A stretch of DNA of 64,000 nucleotides from contig CM061250.1 in NCBI GenBank assembly GCA_022605425.2, positions 620,001-684,000 of the forward strand, read 5' to 3'. This document shows, one piece after another, positions 52,850-64,000 of this stretch (position 1 is its first letter; each line of letters opens with the position of its first letter). Source of the DNA: Hamiltosporidium tvaerminnensis FI-OER-3-3 (Eukaryota > Fungi > Microsporidia). The notes beneath the pieces are model-generated. The model searched no databases and was not told where the DNA came from. It was given only the letters and a program-made list of their open reading frames with translations. The position numbers and the translations under genes are program-made.

Positions 52850-55620
52850 ATCTAATTTTCGAAGTACCAGAAGTCATCGATTTTCGAGATTGAAAATTTC
52901 ATATTTTAAATACACTGCTACTGACATTCGTTCAAGATGACCCAGCTATCGTGTCTGTTTATATCAACTTCGTTTACTGATTCTATATTTCAATATAAAT
53001 TTTAGAGCCTATGTTATTACGAATGCTAGCCTCCTTATTGTTTCCTTATGACCCGTATATTATCGGTGAATACTTTTGATCCTGTATGTACAGTATCGTT
53101 TCATTACGATTTGTCAATATTCAGGTTTCGTAGCCGCACATAACTAGGCTTAAGAAAAGTACTATATAAAATTTTCTTGCTTCTTCAGATAAAAATCAAG
53201 ATTTAAGGATTTCTTAAAAGCCAATATTTGCTTTATATCCTTCTTTAAATATCCTTTCAATACCCCACTGTTGTCATTATTATTCACAAGAAGCACTCAT
53301 AGATATTTAAAAGAATAAAAACACTCAAAGCGGTATCCATCTCCTTGTAAATATTAAATAATTTTTCTTGGTTCCTTGAAATCAAATTGTATTTTGTTTT
53401 ATTTTCATTAATAAAGATATCTGCTGTTCATCTTAGATATTCCTGGTACGACTCTAAAGACCGTCTACTTTTTTTTGCAATGATATCAATGTCATTGAGA
53501 TCGCGTAGAAAATGTAATTATCTGTTTTACAGAAATAATGCAGAAAATTCCTTATCTTTTAAAAAGCTATTTCGAAAGTCCTATTAAAAATTATACTCTA
53601 AAACACATCTCCTTGTCCCAAACCATTTCCTATTTTGAAATTTCTTAAAAACTTTCCCGCCTCATACATTCCACTCTTTTTCTTTTTTAGAATCATTCGG
53701 TTGTGACTTACTACAATTTTCTAGGGAATCTGCAATTCTAATACTGTTTCATAAAGAAAAATCTGATTTACTCTATCATATACCAGTTTTACGCAATAAA
53801 AAGCTGGTGAATAGGTTATAAGTAAAAGCATTTTTCCAAAAGACATAGATCGGTAAATTCTGATCAATATTGACTTCCTTATTCTAAAACCATATTAGTA
53901 TTTCCCTAAATTGCTTTCTACGTTTAAAAAAAGACGTTTTGCTAAAACTTTGATCAGTATTTTATAGATTACACATAGTAGTGATATATCTTGTAATTTT
54001 AGAAAATTTACTCGAAGCCTTTTTTTTGTGAATTAGTACAATTAGAGCCTTATTTCAATATTCAGACATTCTTTCTTGTTTCAAAACATTTAAGATTAGA
54101 GAAAAAAATCTTTCAAAAGCATATTTCTCCATACCTTAATTTCTCGGTGTTTAGGCGTCTTTACTGAGTTTTTTTCTCGTTTCAAAGAATTTATAGTTTA
54201 TACATTTCTAAAAGACGGGATATGGTATATTTATGCTTTTTTAGGTTTCTTTTGAATTCTTGAAAGATTCGATCCTTGTTTTCATTTCATATCATTTTTT
54301 TAAAAAGTTCTTAAGAATTTAAGTTCATAAATATAAAACTTTTTTCGGATATGCAAATAACTCCTCATTTATTGTTTGCATCACATTGTTCTTAGCCTGA
54401 AGGCTCATTCTTACATCTTTATTTTCCTGCATACATTTCTCTTTTATATTGAAAGATTCTGCTATCATTTGCCGTATATTTTCTTAAAAGAATTTTCTTT
54501 TTCTTTTCCTGCACACATATGATAATTTAGTCTTAGCACTTATAAAGGTATATAATTTGTGATGCGTCAATTTCAGTTTCATTTTGCTTCTTGTCTGGTT
54601 AGCTGCGTAAATTGCTATTTTGCATTCTTCATCAAACAAACTCTGTCTGCGTTAGATTTTTTTTGAGCTAAAATTTCCAACCGCTTCTTTTAGTATTATA
54701 TTCTTTAGTCTCTCCTATGTCTCTTTGATATATCTATTTTCGTTAGTAATGCTTGAATCTTCAAATCAATTTTTACCTTTTAGATACTTTTATCAAATAA
54801 TTATCTTGCATCTAGATCTTTTGGTTTTTTGCAGTCTAATTTCGTAGTTTGAAGGCCTTTTACCTCGCCATACATTGATATTTTTTGGTGAAATTTCATG
54901 ATCACAAGATAGAGATCTGTGCTAACGTCTGCCTCTCTTTATATTTTCTTACACATTATACACTCGATAAGTGTCTTGAATGAACCAATTCGTGATCTAT
55001 CTAATTAACTGTATGATTATCCGGCGATTTCCTTATTTGATCTTAATTTGAAAAATATCACTAAGAATAATAATTTTCTTGCTAATTACACAGTCAATTC
55101 TTCGAAAAAAAATTGGTTTCTGTCTCGATAATTGCTTTTCCAATATGTGGCATATGGGCTTCTTCTTTACCAGCTTTTGCATTCATTTCACCAGTTCCAT
55201 TGTTTGTCATTCTTTGGTATTTTATTATGGTATACTTCTAGCAAGTCTTGAAGGTTTTCATTGTCCATCACATTTATTTCTTCAGCAGAGAATTTGTATA
55301 TAGTATTGTCATTTAAAAGAAAAAAAATATTCCAACCGTATTCAACAGATTCTTTCATTAATTCATTTAAATCTTTTACGGTTTGCATAAAGTTGTTGAT
55401 TATAGTAAAATTTGTACCTAAAGTATAGAATATCTCATTTCCACTATAAAAGATTGTGTAGTCTTCAGTTTTGAACATAACTGTTACCTTCCAACGAATC
55501 TCTTAAAGCGCTGCAATGTCCATTTTAAATTTCTTAAATTCTGATGTCAATGCTTTCAAAGTTACTATTTATGAAATTTCAACATATTCTAAGTCGCCAT
55601 TCTTAGTTCATTTTTAACTT
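52850..55620 (-). mobile_element. Highly decayed near-full-length RTE-type non-LTR retrotransposon (APE endonuclease + RT)
   Basis: Minus-strand remnants LRMAT*N, MDIAAL*EIRW, YTIFYSGNE, ADVSTDLYLV, LGKY*YGFR and CGYET occur in the expected order. Confidence 0.7.
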
Positions 55621-55899
55621 TTTTTTCTTTCCTGTTTTGATTTTTTTTATAATTTTTTGTTCTGTTTAGTCTTGTTATCGTAAAGCTTTGGAAATTATTC
55701 ATATAGCATATAGCATGTTGGTGTTTTGCAAGGTAATGTTCTTGGAAAACCCTCAATTATCCTTCTTTTTTATCCAGGCTTAATACAGGGGTATAACGGA
55801 GTTTACAAATATATTGCATAAAACTAAAAAAATACATTTAAAAATATAAATTATTTAATAAAATTCTGGGATAACAAATTTTTCTCTTTTCTAAATAAT

Positions 55900-56022
55900 T
55901 CTTTCCACCAAAATTTAAATTGAAAATTTAAATTAAATTAAATAATTTTTTAAAGATACTTTAATTTTTTTTTTTAGACATTTATTTAATTTAAATTTTT
56001 AATTTATATTTTGGTGGAAAGA
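55900..56022. repeat. ~43-bp-arm inverted repeat (hairpin)
   Basis: tctttccaccaaaat...aaat pairs with attt...attttggtggaaaga with 2-3 mismatches. Confidence 0.8.
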
Positions 56023-56023
56023 T

Positions 56024-59000
56024 TTTTATTTAATAAAATTCTGGGTTAAAATATTTTTTACCATTTTTTACATGTTTTCTTCTACCTCTTTAACCACTTT
56101 TGTCTCTTCTTCCAAATCCGACTCTTCATTTATGTTATTGGTCGGTTCCTCTAAAGTGGTTCCTCCTTGTAAAATAAAGGGGGCTTTATATTTTGGTTTA
56201 AAATTTTTGGCACCATCTTCCTCTGTTTTCGCTTCTTTTAAAGGGGGTATTGGTTCCTCATGCATCTCTGATCTCATAATAACACCCATTGACGCTCTCT
56301 CCCAGCTCTCTTCGGCATTTAGTCCTGACTCAAGTCCTCTTCGTCGATCAAAGGAAATAGTTTCGACTGTCTTTTTAAGTACTATAGACTGAATGTATGC
56401 TTCTACATTCATGGGTATTTCTAGTCTTTTAAGATGAGATTTATGGTATTTTGTCACAATACCGTCCCAGGTCATCACATAAGGGATTATCTCAACACTA
56501 CACTTATAAATAAGGCCCAACTCATTGGCTAGCAGGTCATACTTCCTAAGTTTTTCAGTTTCAACTATTTGAAGTGAATCTTGGGAAGTGATTCCTACTT
56601 CAATGAGTGTTATCTTATTCTTCTTCTTATCTAAAATAAATATGTCTGGTCTGTTATTCCGAATTTTAACATCAGTTTTAATTCTGGTGTCCACTCTTAT
56701 CTCTGCATACTCATTATCAAGAATTTCTTGAACTGAGTGGCTCCTGATTCGTTTTGAAGACTTAAACTTATATCTATTTAGAAGGAGAAGGTGTAGGCAT
56801 CTAACCACTTCATTATGCCGTCTAGTGTAATCATGGCCTAGCATTTTTTCACATCTAGTTGCTAGATGATCCACAGTCTTACCAGACTTCCCGCAATGTT
56901 GACACACACCATCTGCTCCCCAGAATACATTTCTATCCTGGATATAGCAGAACACAGCTTCATTTCGTGGCCTAATATTTCCTCTCTTTAGCCATCTTGA
57001 AGAGTCACTAACACTCACAAGCTCATTTTTCCTTGCATTATATAACTTTGAATGGAGTTTTCGTTTTTCTATTTCGTTATATAGTTTTGCAAGTTGAGCT
57101 TCTTCTAAACTTTTCTTAGTGACTTCTTCTGCCAACCTGTACTTTACTTTTAAGAAGCCTTTTATTAGTGCAAGATGGGTTTTATTATTATTCTCCACCT
57201 TGAGGATTGCTGCTCGTCTAGTTGATATTTCTTTACTTTTTTCCAGACAATCCAAGAGTTGCAGAAGCATATGTTCGCTTCGCAACTCAACACTATGTAG
57301 GCCTCTTCCAAGTTCTGTTCTAGGAAGATACAACCGCTCTTTACATCCTGGGCGGAGATGTATCTTATTTTTAACCAACACCGCACGCACTGCATCATCT
57401 AACTTAGAGAAGTCAGCCGGTTCAAGTCGAAGTACTCCTATGTGGTAGTTGATTAACGATATCGCATGTTGATTGATTGCAGAAAATAAATTTTTTGCAT
57501 TTAATCTAGTGTGACAAAGTCTTTCAACTCTTGATATAAGTTTGCTCTGTACTTCTTCAAATGAGCTACGTGTTGGGATTCCTCTGCTATCTTCTATTAT
57601 TCCTAAATATTTGTAAACATAACACCTTCTAGAAGAGTAGCAGTATCTTCACAACACGTATCATTTGTGGCTGACTTCTCTTTGTTAATCTCTAAGCCAA
57701 TCACCTCTAAAAATTCCTTTGCCTCGCCTGTCATAGCACTCAATGTGGAGCTGTCTTTTGCAAGGAGCTTAAGATCATCAATAAACAAGAGATGATTAGT
57801 AGAATGGGATTCTGCATCTGTTTGTACTGTCACTTTTGTGTATTTTTCATTAAGCTTTCGGCTTAATGGATCCATACACAACACAAATAACAAAGGTGAC
57901 AGACTATCTCCTTGCAGGATCCCTCTATCAATCTTCTTGCTCATGATTTTTTCAGGCCCTACTGATATATCAATTTTCCATTTTGATATAATTACCTTAA
58001 TAAATTTCAGGATCCAATCAGGTAAATTAAGGTTTTCAATGCATTGAGTTAAATAAGCATGATCTATTGAATCATAAGCTTTTTTAACATCAATCCATGT
58101 TGCCTTAAGATTGTTTCCGTACTCTTTATTTAAGGCAATATTCAGTAGAGCCTGCTCTTTCGCTCCCTGCACACCTCTTACCGCCCCTAGTTGGTTCTCT
58201 GCAAGCAACCCTCGCCTTTCCACTTCAATTTGAACGACCTTTGTTACACACTTTGTCGTTAACTTATAGAGGTTGGACATACAAGTGATTGGCCTGTAGT
58301 CAGAGCCTCTTCGTGGAATTCCTTTCGGTATCAAATACGTAAGCCCGCAGTAAAACCAATCAGCTTGAGGTGTTCCTTCTAAACAAATAACTTTCACAAT
58401 ATCATAAATATATTTATGATGAGTTGTAAGTTTCTTAATGAAAAAATTGTAAATACCATCAATTCCAGCAGCTTTCCAATTAGGGAGCCAATTAATGATA
58501 TTTACAAATTCATCAAGTGAAGGAAACGTAGTCGGATGATTATCTGATACAATTGGAATCAAATAATCATCATACGTGACTGTATAATCATTTTTGTTCC
58601 ATATTGTAGACCAAAAACTCAGCATTTCATCACGACTAACCACATGCTCGGATTCCACACGCTCGGATAACCCACGATAAAATCGACCTCGGAAAAGCTC
58701 AAACATACGATTCTCTTTTCGGAATTGCTTCCTACTTTCATGCATCGTAATTTTTTTCTCGTAAACATTCAAAGACTCATTCTTCTTAACTAAAGCCTCA
58801 GAAAGATCAGTTACGCTGCTCAAGTTTAAATTAAACTCTCGCATAATTTTCTTAAGGCTCTTCTTTTCCGAAGTGGAGAGCTTTTCCTGCTTACGAGCCT
58901 TCTCGAGAAGATCTTTGGAAAGTACTAACTTAGAAATTTTACTTTCTATGTTTTGCTTCCAAGCGGATCTAGGCTTTTCTTTACGTGTTGCCTCGTCATA

Positions 59001-59830
59001 GCATATCTGCGCAGCTTGCATGATATACGCGGCTTCCGTAATTGACTCAGGTACATGAGCTCCTGCATATTCACCGACTACTCGATTAATGAGATCCAGA
59101 ACTTTACTATCAACCAATTCATTTGGATGTTTTCTAGTTCGGACCACCACTTTTCCAATTTCGTTCTCCGAGATTTCTTTGATTTTACTCAAGAATTTAT
59201 CTCTCAGGTTTATGTACTCCGTGGTGTCGGTCAAGGTGCATGTATCAGCGAGACAAGTGGCGATTCTACGTCGCTCTCCATTCTCTTCTGATTTTACTTC
59301 CTTTCCCATCTCACTTTGTGCCAATTTTTTTAACACTTCGAGAGTTTCAGTGCAGCCGAATTTCTCATTATAGTATCTGTGAAGCTCTGTCCAGCCATTT
59401 CTTGGCATTCTTTCAAAACTTGTCTGTACTGCAAAAAAAAACAATTCGAGGCCATTCCTTCGGGTCAGCTGTTACGGAATCGAATATCGTCCGCAATGCC
59501 ATTAGCCTGTTACCTTCCGGAATAGCTAGAGTACAGGGGCTTGTCATGTCGTACGATGGCTCGCACGCAGAGACTTCAACCGAAGAGGGAACTGGTGCAT
59601 TAGGCGAAGGTAAGGTGTCAAGCCCACTATTTTGCATTTTACTGCATGTTTGGCTTGGTGGTGGAGGTGTTATTGTTGTGTAGGAGGAGGAAGGTAGGGA
59701 AATCGCCGGTGGGTGTAGCTTACATTTTTGTACCTCACTATCACTCTTCTTCACCTCATCAGCGTCGTTTGCAGCCTTTATTTTGGTATTTTTCGATATT
59801 TCGCTGCTAACATTTTTTTTTCTACCCATC
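56024..59830 (-). mobile_element. R4-type RLE retrotransposon, copy E (most intact)
   Basis: ORFs 59413-59829, 57603-59444 (613 aa) and 56068-57390 (440 aa). Only one frameshift inside the long ORF (near 57620). Confidence 0.95.
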
Positions 59831-60052
59831 TTTTCCCTCTAAAAATATTAGCGTAATTAATTTTAAAAATAAAACCATTTCCTTCTAACTAAACATTTCT
59901 TATTTAATAGCTAACACATATTTAAAAAAAAGAAAATAAAAAAGTAAAATTAAATTCGCTTTACTACGCTTTTTTAAAAGTTAATTTTCAGCATTAACGT
60001 TTTATAATTTTACCATATTACTACTAAAAATATTTGTTCCTATAAAGACAAG

Positions 60053-60780
60053 GTGGAGGGAGGATAACCACATAAAAAACTTTCTGCTTGGCAATGAGTG
60101 TGAGAAACTGGTGTGAAGATCATTGTTTGGATTTTTGGTAGGAATACAACCACACTACATCTTCGGTTGTTCCATGGGAGTTGTTATGAAGAGGAGAGGT
60201 CTAAGAAATTGAGAAACTTTTTCTACAAATTTATTTGTAGTTTTTTATGTAACTAGATTGCAGACCGCAGCTGAACATGTAGGTAATTGCCATGTAAAAG
60301 CATGGAAACCTAGCCTTGCTCACTCGGGTTAGAAGACTTAGCGCCTGGGAGATATAAAAATAAAACCCATTAAAAGCCGGGAGAGCTAAGTAGCAGGTTA
60401 TACCTGTTGGTATGACATTGCACTGTCTAGGTGGACCCCATGTAAATCTCCGAAATATATCTTAGCTAGAAATTTATTGGATTCAGAAAGTGAAGAGTAT
60501 GTAAGGATGATGCATGGTCTTGGGTAAGTCCAGTGTTGGTTTCGACTTAAAATCACACTCCATGCAACGAACATTAACGAAATCTGGGCAACTGCCTCGC
60601 CTATTAATTAGGTTCTACACACCTGGTAGATGAAAGGCATTGGGACGTAGGTATCGCAGGGGTTACCGATGGAGTGTTGGGGTAGCAGTCATTTATGTTA
60701 AACCTTGAACTGCGTTAATATCATAAAAACAAATATAACACTTGCCACTATTTTAAAAAGATGTGATACTTTTAAATAAA
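60053..60780 (+). mobile_element. ~728-nt structured non-coding retroposon (duplicate of insertion 2)
   Basis: Same flanks as 12171-12897 and near identical to 34870-35596. Confidence 0.85.
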
Positions 60781-61828
60781 GGAAATACGATTAAAAAACA
60801 AAAATTTGGATGCATTTATTTTGTATCGAAAAATATTAGTTTTGTAGAAAATATGTTAAAAAAATGATTTAATGCTTTAAATACAATTGAATATATTTTG
60901 ATTTAAAATGCTTTCCAGACTTTTATATTTTTCTTCTACTTTTTGTACCATCGTCTTTTACTTTTCAGAATCCGAATTTTCATCTATTTTTATTGGCAGT
61001 TCCTTTAATATGGTTCTTCTAATCTGAAATAAGGAGCTATTATTTTTTAAAAAAAATATTTAGCGGCATATTATTCTTTACTCGCTTGTTTTAAATGCTA
61101 TGATGATTCCTCTTCCACCTAGTCTCCGATAACACCCATAACTGCTTTTTGCCGGCTATCCTCGGCATTTGGGCCCGACTCAAGTCTTCTTCGTCAATCA
61201 TAGGCAATTTTTTCAACTAGTTTCTTAAGTACAATTGACAGATTTTATCCCTCTATATTCAGCAATATTTGTCTTTTTACCATACGTCTATGGAATTTTG
61301 TTACAATACCATCCGGGTTCATCACATACGGGATTATCTCCACATCACATTTCATTTATAAATAATACTAAACGTATGTTAAAACCTTATGTTTTCCGAT
61401 TTTTTTAATTTACTCAATTTGAAGTTAAACTTGGGAAGTAATTCTACTTCAATTTTGGTTTCCTTTTTCTACTCTTATTCAAAATAAATATATCGGAACT
61501 ATTATGCCGAATGTTGACATCAGTTTTTAGTCTGATGGCCACTCTTATCTCTGCATCTTCATTTTCAAAAATTTCCTGAACTGGTTTTCGCGCACAAACA
61601 AAGAAAAATCATGAGAAAAAAATGAACATTTTTAATCTAAAAATCACAAACTAAGATTTAAAAGACATATAAGCGTACGAAGTAAATAAATTCTGGTGCA
61701 ATATTTAAAATTCAAAAAAATAAATATGATATAAATTAAAGAAAAAAACTAAAAATGAATTTTAATCATATCAATCTGGAGATTGAATATAAAAAACATT
61801 TTCGCATCATAGAGCAGACTTTAAGCCT

Positions 61829-62512
61829 TCATTTTACTTTATGATAAATATAAGCAATAAAATCAGCGGGTTTACCGGATATTCCATTTTTAGGTGCTTC
61901 AAACTTAAATTTTCTAGCCGAAGAAATACTTTTAACACCATTATCATCGCTTTTAACATCAAATACTTTCACGACAGAATCATCAACTATATCTAAAACT
62001 GCAGAATTTACTTCGTCTTTTTTTTGGTTTTTTATGGTCTTATGTATAAACGAAGATAAAGCATATGTTGGTTTAATAGGATGGTAGCCTTTGAAACAGA
62101 AACCAAGTCTAACTAAAAGCCCAACATCACCAACTATCTTTTCAAACTTAGAAATATCTATTTCAATGTCATTGATAGAGAACGATTCTATCAACTTTTT
62201 AAATTCCTCTTTATTTTTCTTTTCTAATGCTTCTTTTGCCATTTTCACGCTTGACTCATTGTTTTCTTCATTAGTAAATCCAAAAGCACTTTTTTCTTTA
62301 TCAGAAGCGAAATAACCAAACTTGTAAAGATTCACTAAAGATGTGAATTTTTTATCATCCTCTAAATCCGAAAATTTCTTATAGTCGTCTTCGAAGCTCT
62401 TAATGACATTACCAGCTTTAATGTATCCCACAACACACATTATGCCAAATATAGCCAATATTGAACCAACGACTCCTAATGCAATGCGTATTTTGTTTCT
62501 TTTACTCACCAT
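61829..62512 (-). CDS. MVSKRN family, variant 4 (227 aa)
   Basis: Intact ORF. Confidence 0.85.
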   Translation of the reverse strand: MVSKRNKIRIALGVVGSILAIFGIMCVVGYIKAGNVIKSFEDDYKKFSDLEDDKKFTSLVNLYKFGYFASDKEKSAFGFTNEENNESSVKMAKEALEKKNKEEFKKLIESFSINDIEIDISKFEKIVGDVGLLVRLGFCFKGYHPIKPTYALSSFIHKTIKNQKKDEVNSAVLDIVDDSVVKVFDVKSDDNGVKSISSARKFKFEAPKNGISGKPADFIAYIYHKVK

Positions 62513-62770
62513 ATGGGTAACATTTTTTCACGTAATAAAGTAAAAAAATGATCAAATATTCCAAAGCGAATAATTAATTTGCACCTAAAAAATTAAAAAA
62601 ATTTATGAATCACAAATTCAATTTTTTCTTAAGCGTTTTCGATTGGTTATTTCTATAAATTAATGTGATTTCATACCATATAAATTGCATTCTAAATATA
62701 AAAATTATTTTTTTATTATCAATTTGATAAATTATTTTGTTATATTTGGCTAATAATCAATGATTCTAGA

Positions 62771-64000
62771 TTTATTTAATAAAATTCTGGGTTAAAATAT
62801 TTTTAACATTTTTATATGTTTTCTTCTACCTCTTTAACCACTATTGTCTCTTCTTCCAAATCCGACTCTTCATTTATGTTATTGGTCGGTTCCTCTAAAG
62901 TGGTTCCTCCTTGTGAAATAAGGGGTGTATTATTTTTTGGTTTTAAAATTTTAACACCATCTTCCTCTCTTTTCGCTTCTTTTAAAGGGGGTATTGGTTC
63001 CTCATGCATCTCTGATCTCATAATAACACCCATTGACGCTCTCTCCCAGCTCTCTTCGGCATTTAGTCCTGACTCAAGTCCTCTTCGTCGATCAAAGGAA
63101 ATTGTTTCGACTGTTTTCTTAAGTACTATAGACTGAATGTATGCCTCTACATTCATGGGTATTTCTAGTCTTTTAAAATGAGATTTATGGTATTTTGTCA
63201 CAATACCGTCCCAGGTCATCACATAAGGGATTATCTCAACACTACACTTATAAATAAGACCTAACTCATTGGCTAGCAGGTCATACTTCCTAAGTTTTTC
63301 AGTTTCAACTATTTGAAGTGAATCTTGGGAAGTGATTCCTACTTCAATGAGTGTTATCTTATTCTTCTTCTTATCTAAAATGAATATGTCCGGTCTGTTA
63401 TTCCGAATTTTAACATCAGTTTTAATTCTGGTGTCCACTCTTATCTCTGCATACTCATTATCAAGAATTTCTTGAACTGAGTGGCTCCTTATTCGTTTTG
63501 AAGACTTAAACTTATATCTATTTAGAAGAAGAAGGTGTAGGCATCTAACCACTTCATTATGCCGTCTAGTGTAATCATGGCCTAGCATTTTTTCACATCT
63601 AGTTGCTATGATCTACAGTCTTACCAGACTTCCCGCAATGTTGACACACACCATCTGCTCCCAGAATACATTTCTATCTTGGATATAGCAGAACACAGCT
63701 TCATTTCGTAGCCTAATATTTCCTCTCTTTAGCCATCTTGAAGAGTCACTAACACTCACAAGCTCATTTTTTCTTGCATTATATAACTTTGAATGGAGTT
63801 TTCGTTTTTCTATTTCGTTATATAGTTTTGCAAGTTGAGCTTCTTCTAAACTTTTCTTAGTGACTTCTTCTACCAACCTGTACTTTACTTTTAAGAAGCC
63901 TTTTATTAGTGCAAGATGGGTTTTGTTATTATTCTCCACCTTGAGGATTGCTGCTCGTCTAGTTGATATTTCTTTACTTTTTTCCAGACAATCCAAGAGT
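62771..64000 (-). mobile_element. R4-type RLE retrotransposon, copy F (runs off window)
   Basis: Endonuclease ORF 62812-63588. Same 3' junction as copy D. Confidence 0.9.

Overview
AT-rich eukaryotic DNA that looks microsporidian (Nosema/Vairimorpha-like). This is inferred from compact intronless TAF7 and primase homologues and from CCC motifs just before start codons. About 80% of the window is a tandem segmental-duplication array. The unit is: primase pseudogene, old retroelement relic, ~230-aa membrane-anchored protein with hypervariable patches, TAF7 pseudogene, RTE relic, insertion hotspot. It is interleaved with six copies of a ~3.8-kb restriction-like-endonuclease (R4/Dong-type) non-LTR retrotransposon that has almost no UTRs. 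It also carries six copies of a ~728-nt non-coding element with many predicted helices. Two of that element's insertions have clear target-site duplications and matching empty sites in the window, and one shares its target with the retrotransposon. The best candidate for an undescribed system is this pair: an R4-type retrotransposon plus an unrelated structured-RNA passenger (SINE-like), sitting at the breakpoints of an expanding, diversifying surface-protein array. Positions 48750-56000 are single-copy in this window and hold decayed transposons (rve integrase, RTE) and foldback repeats.
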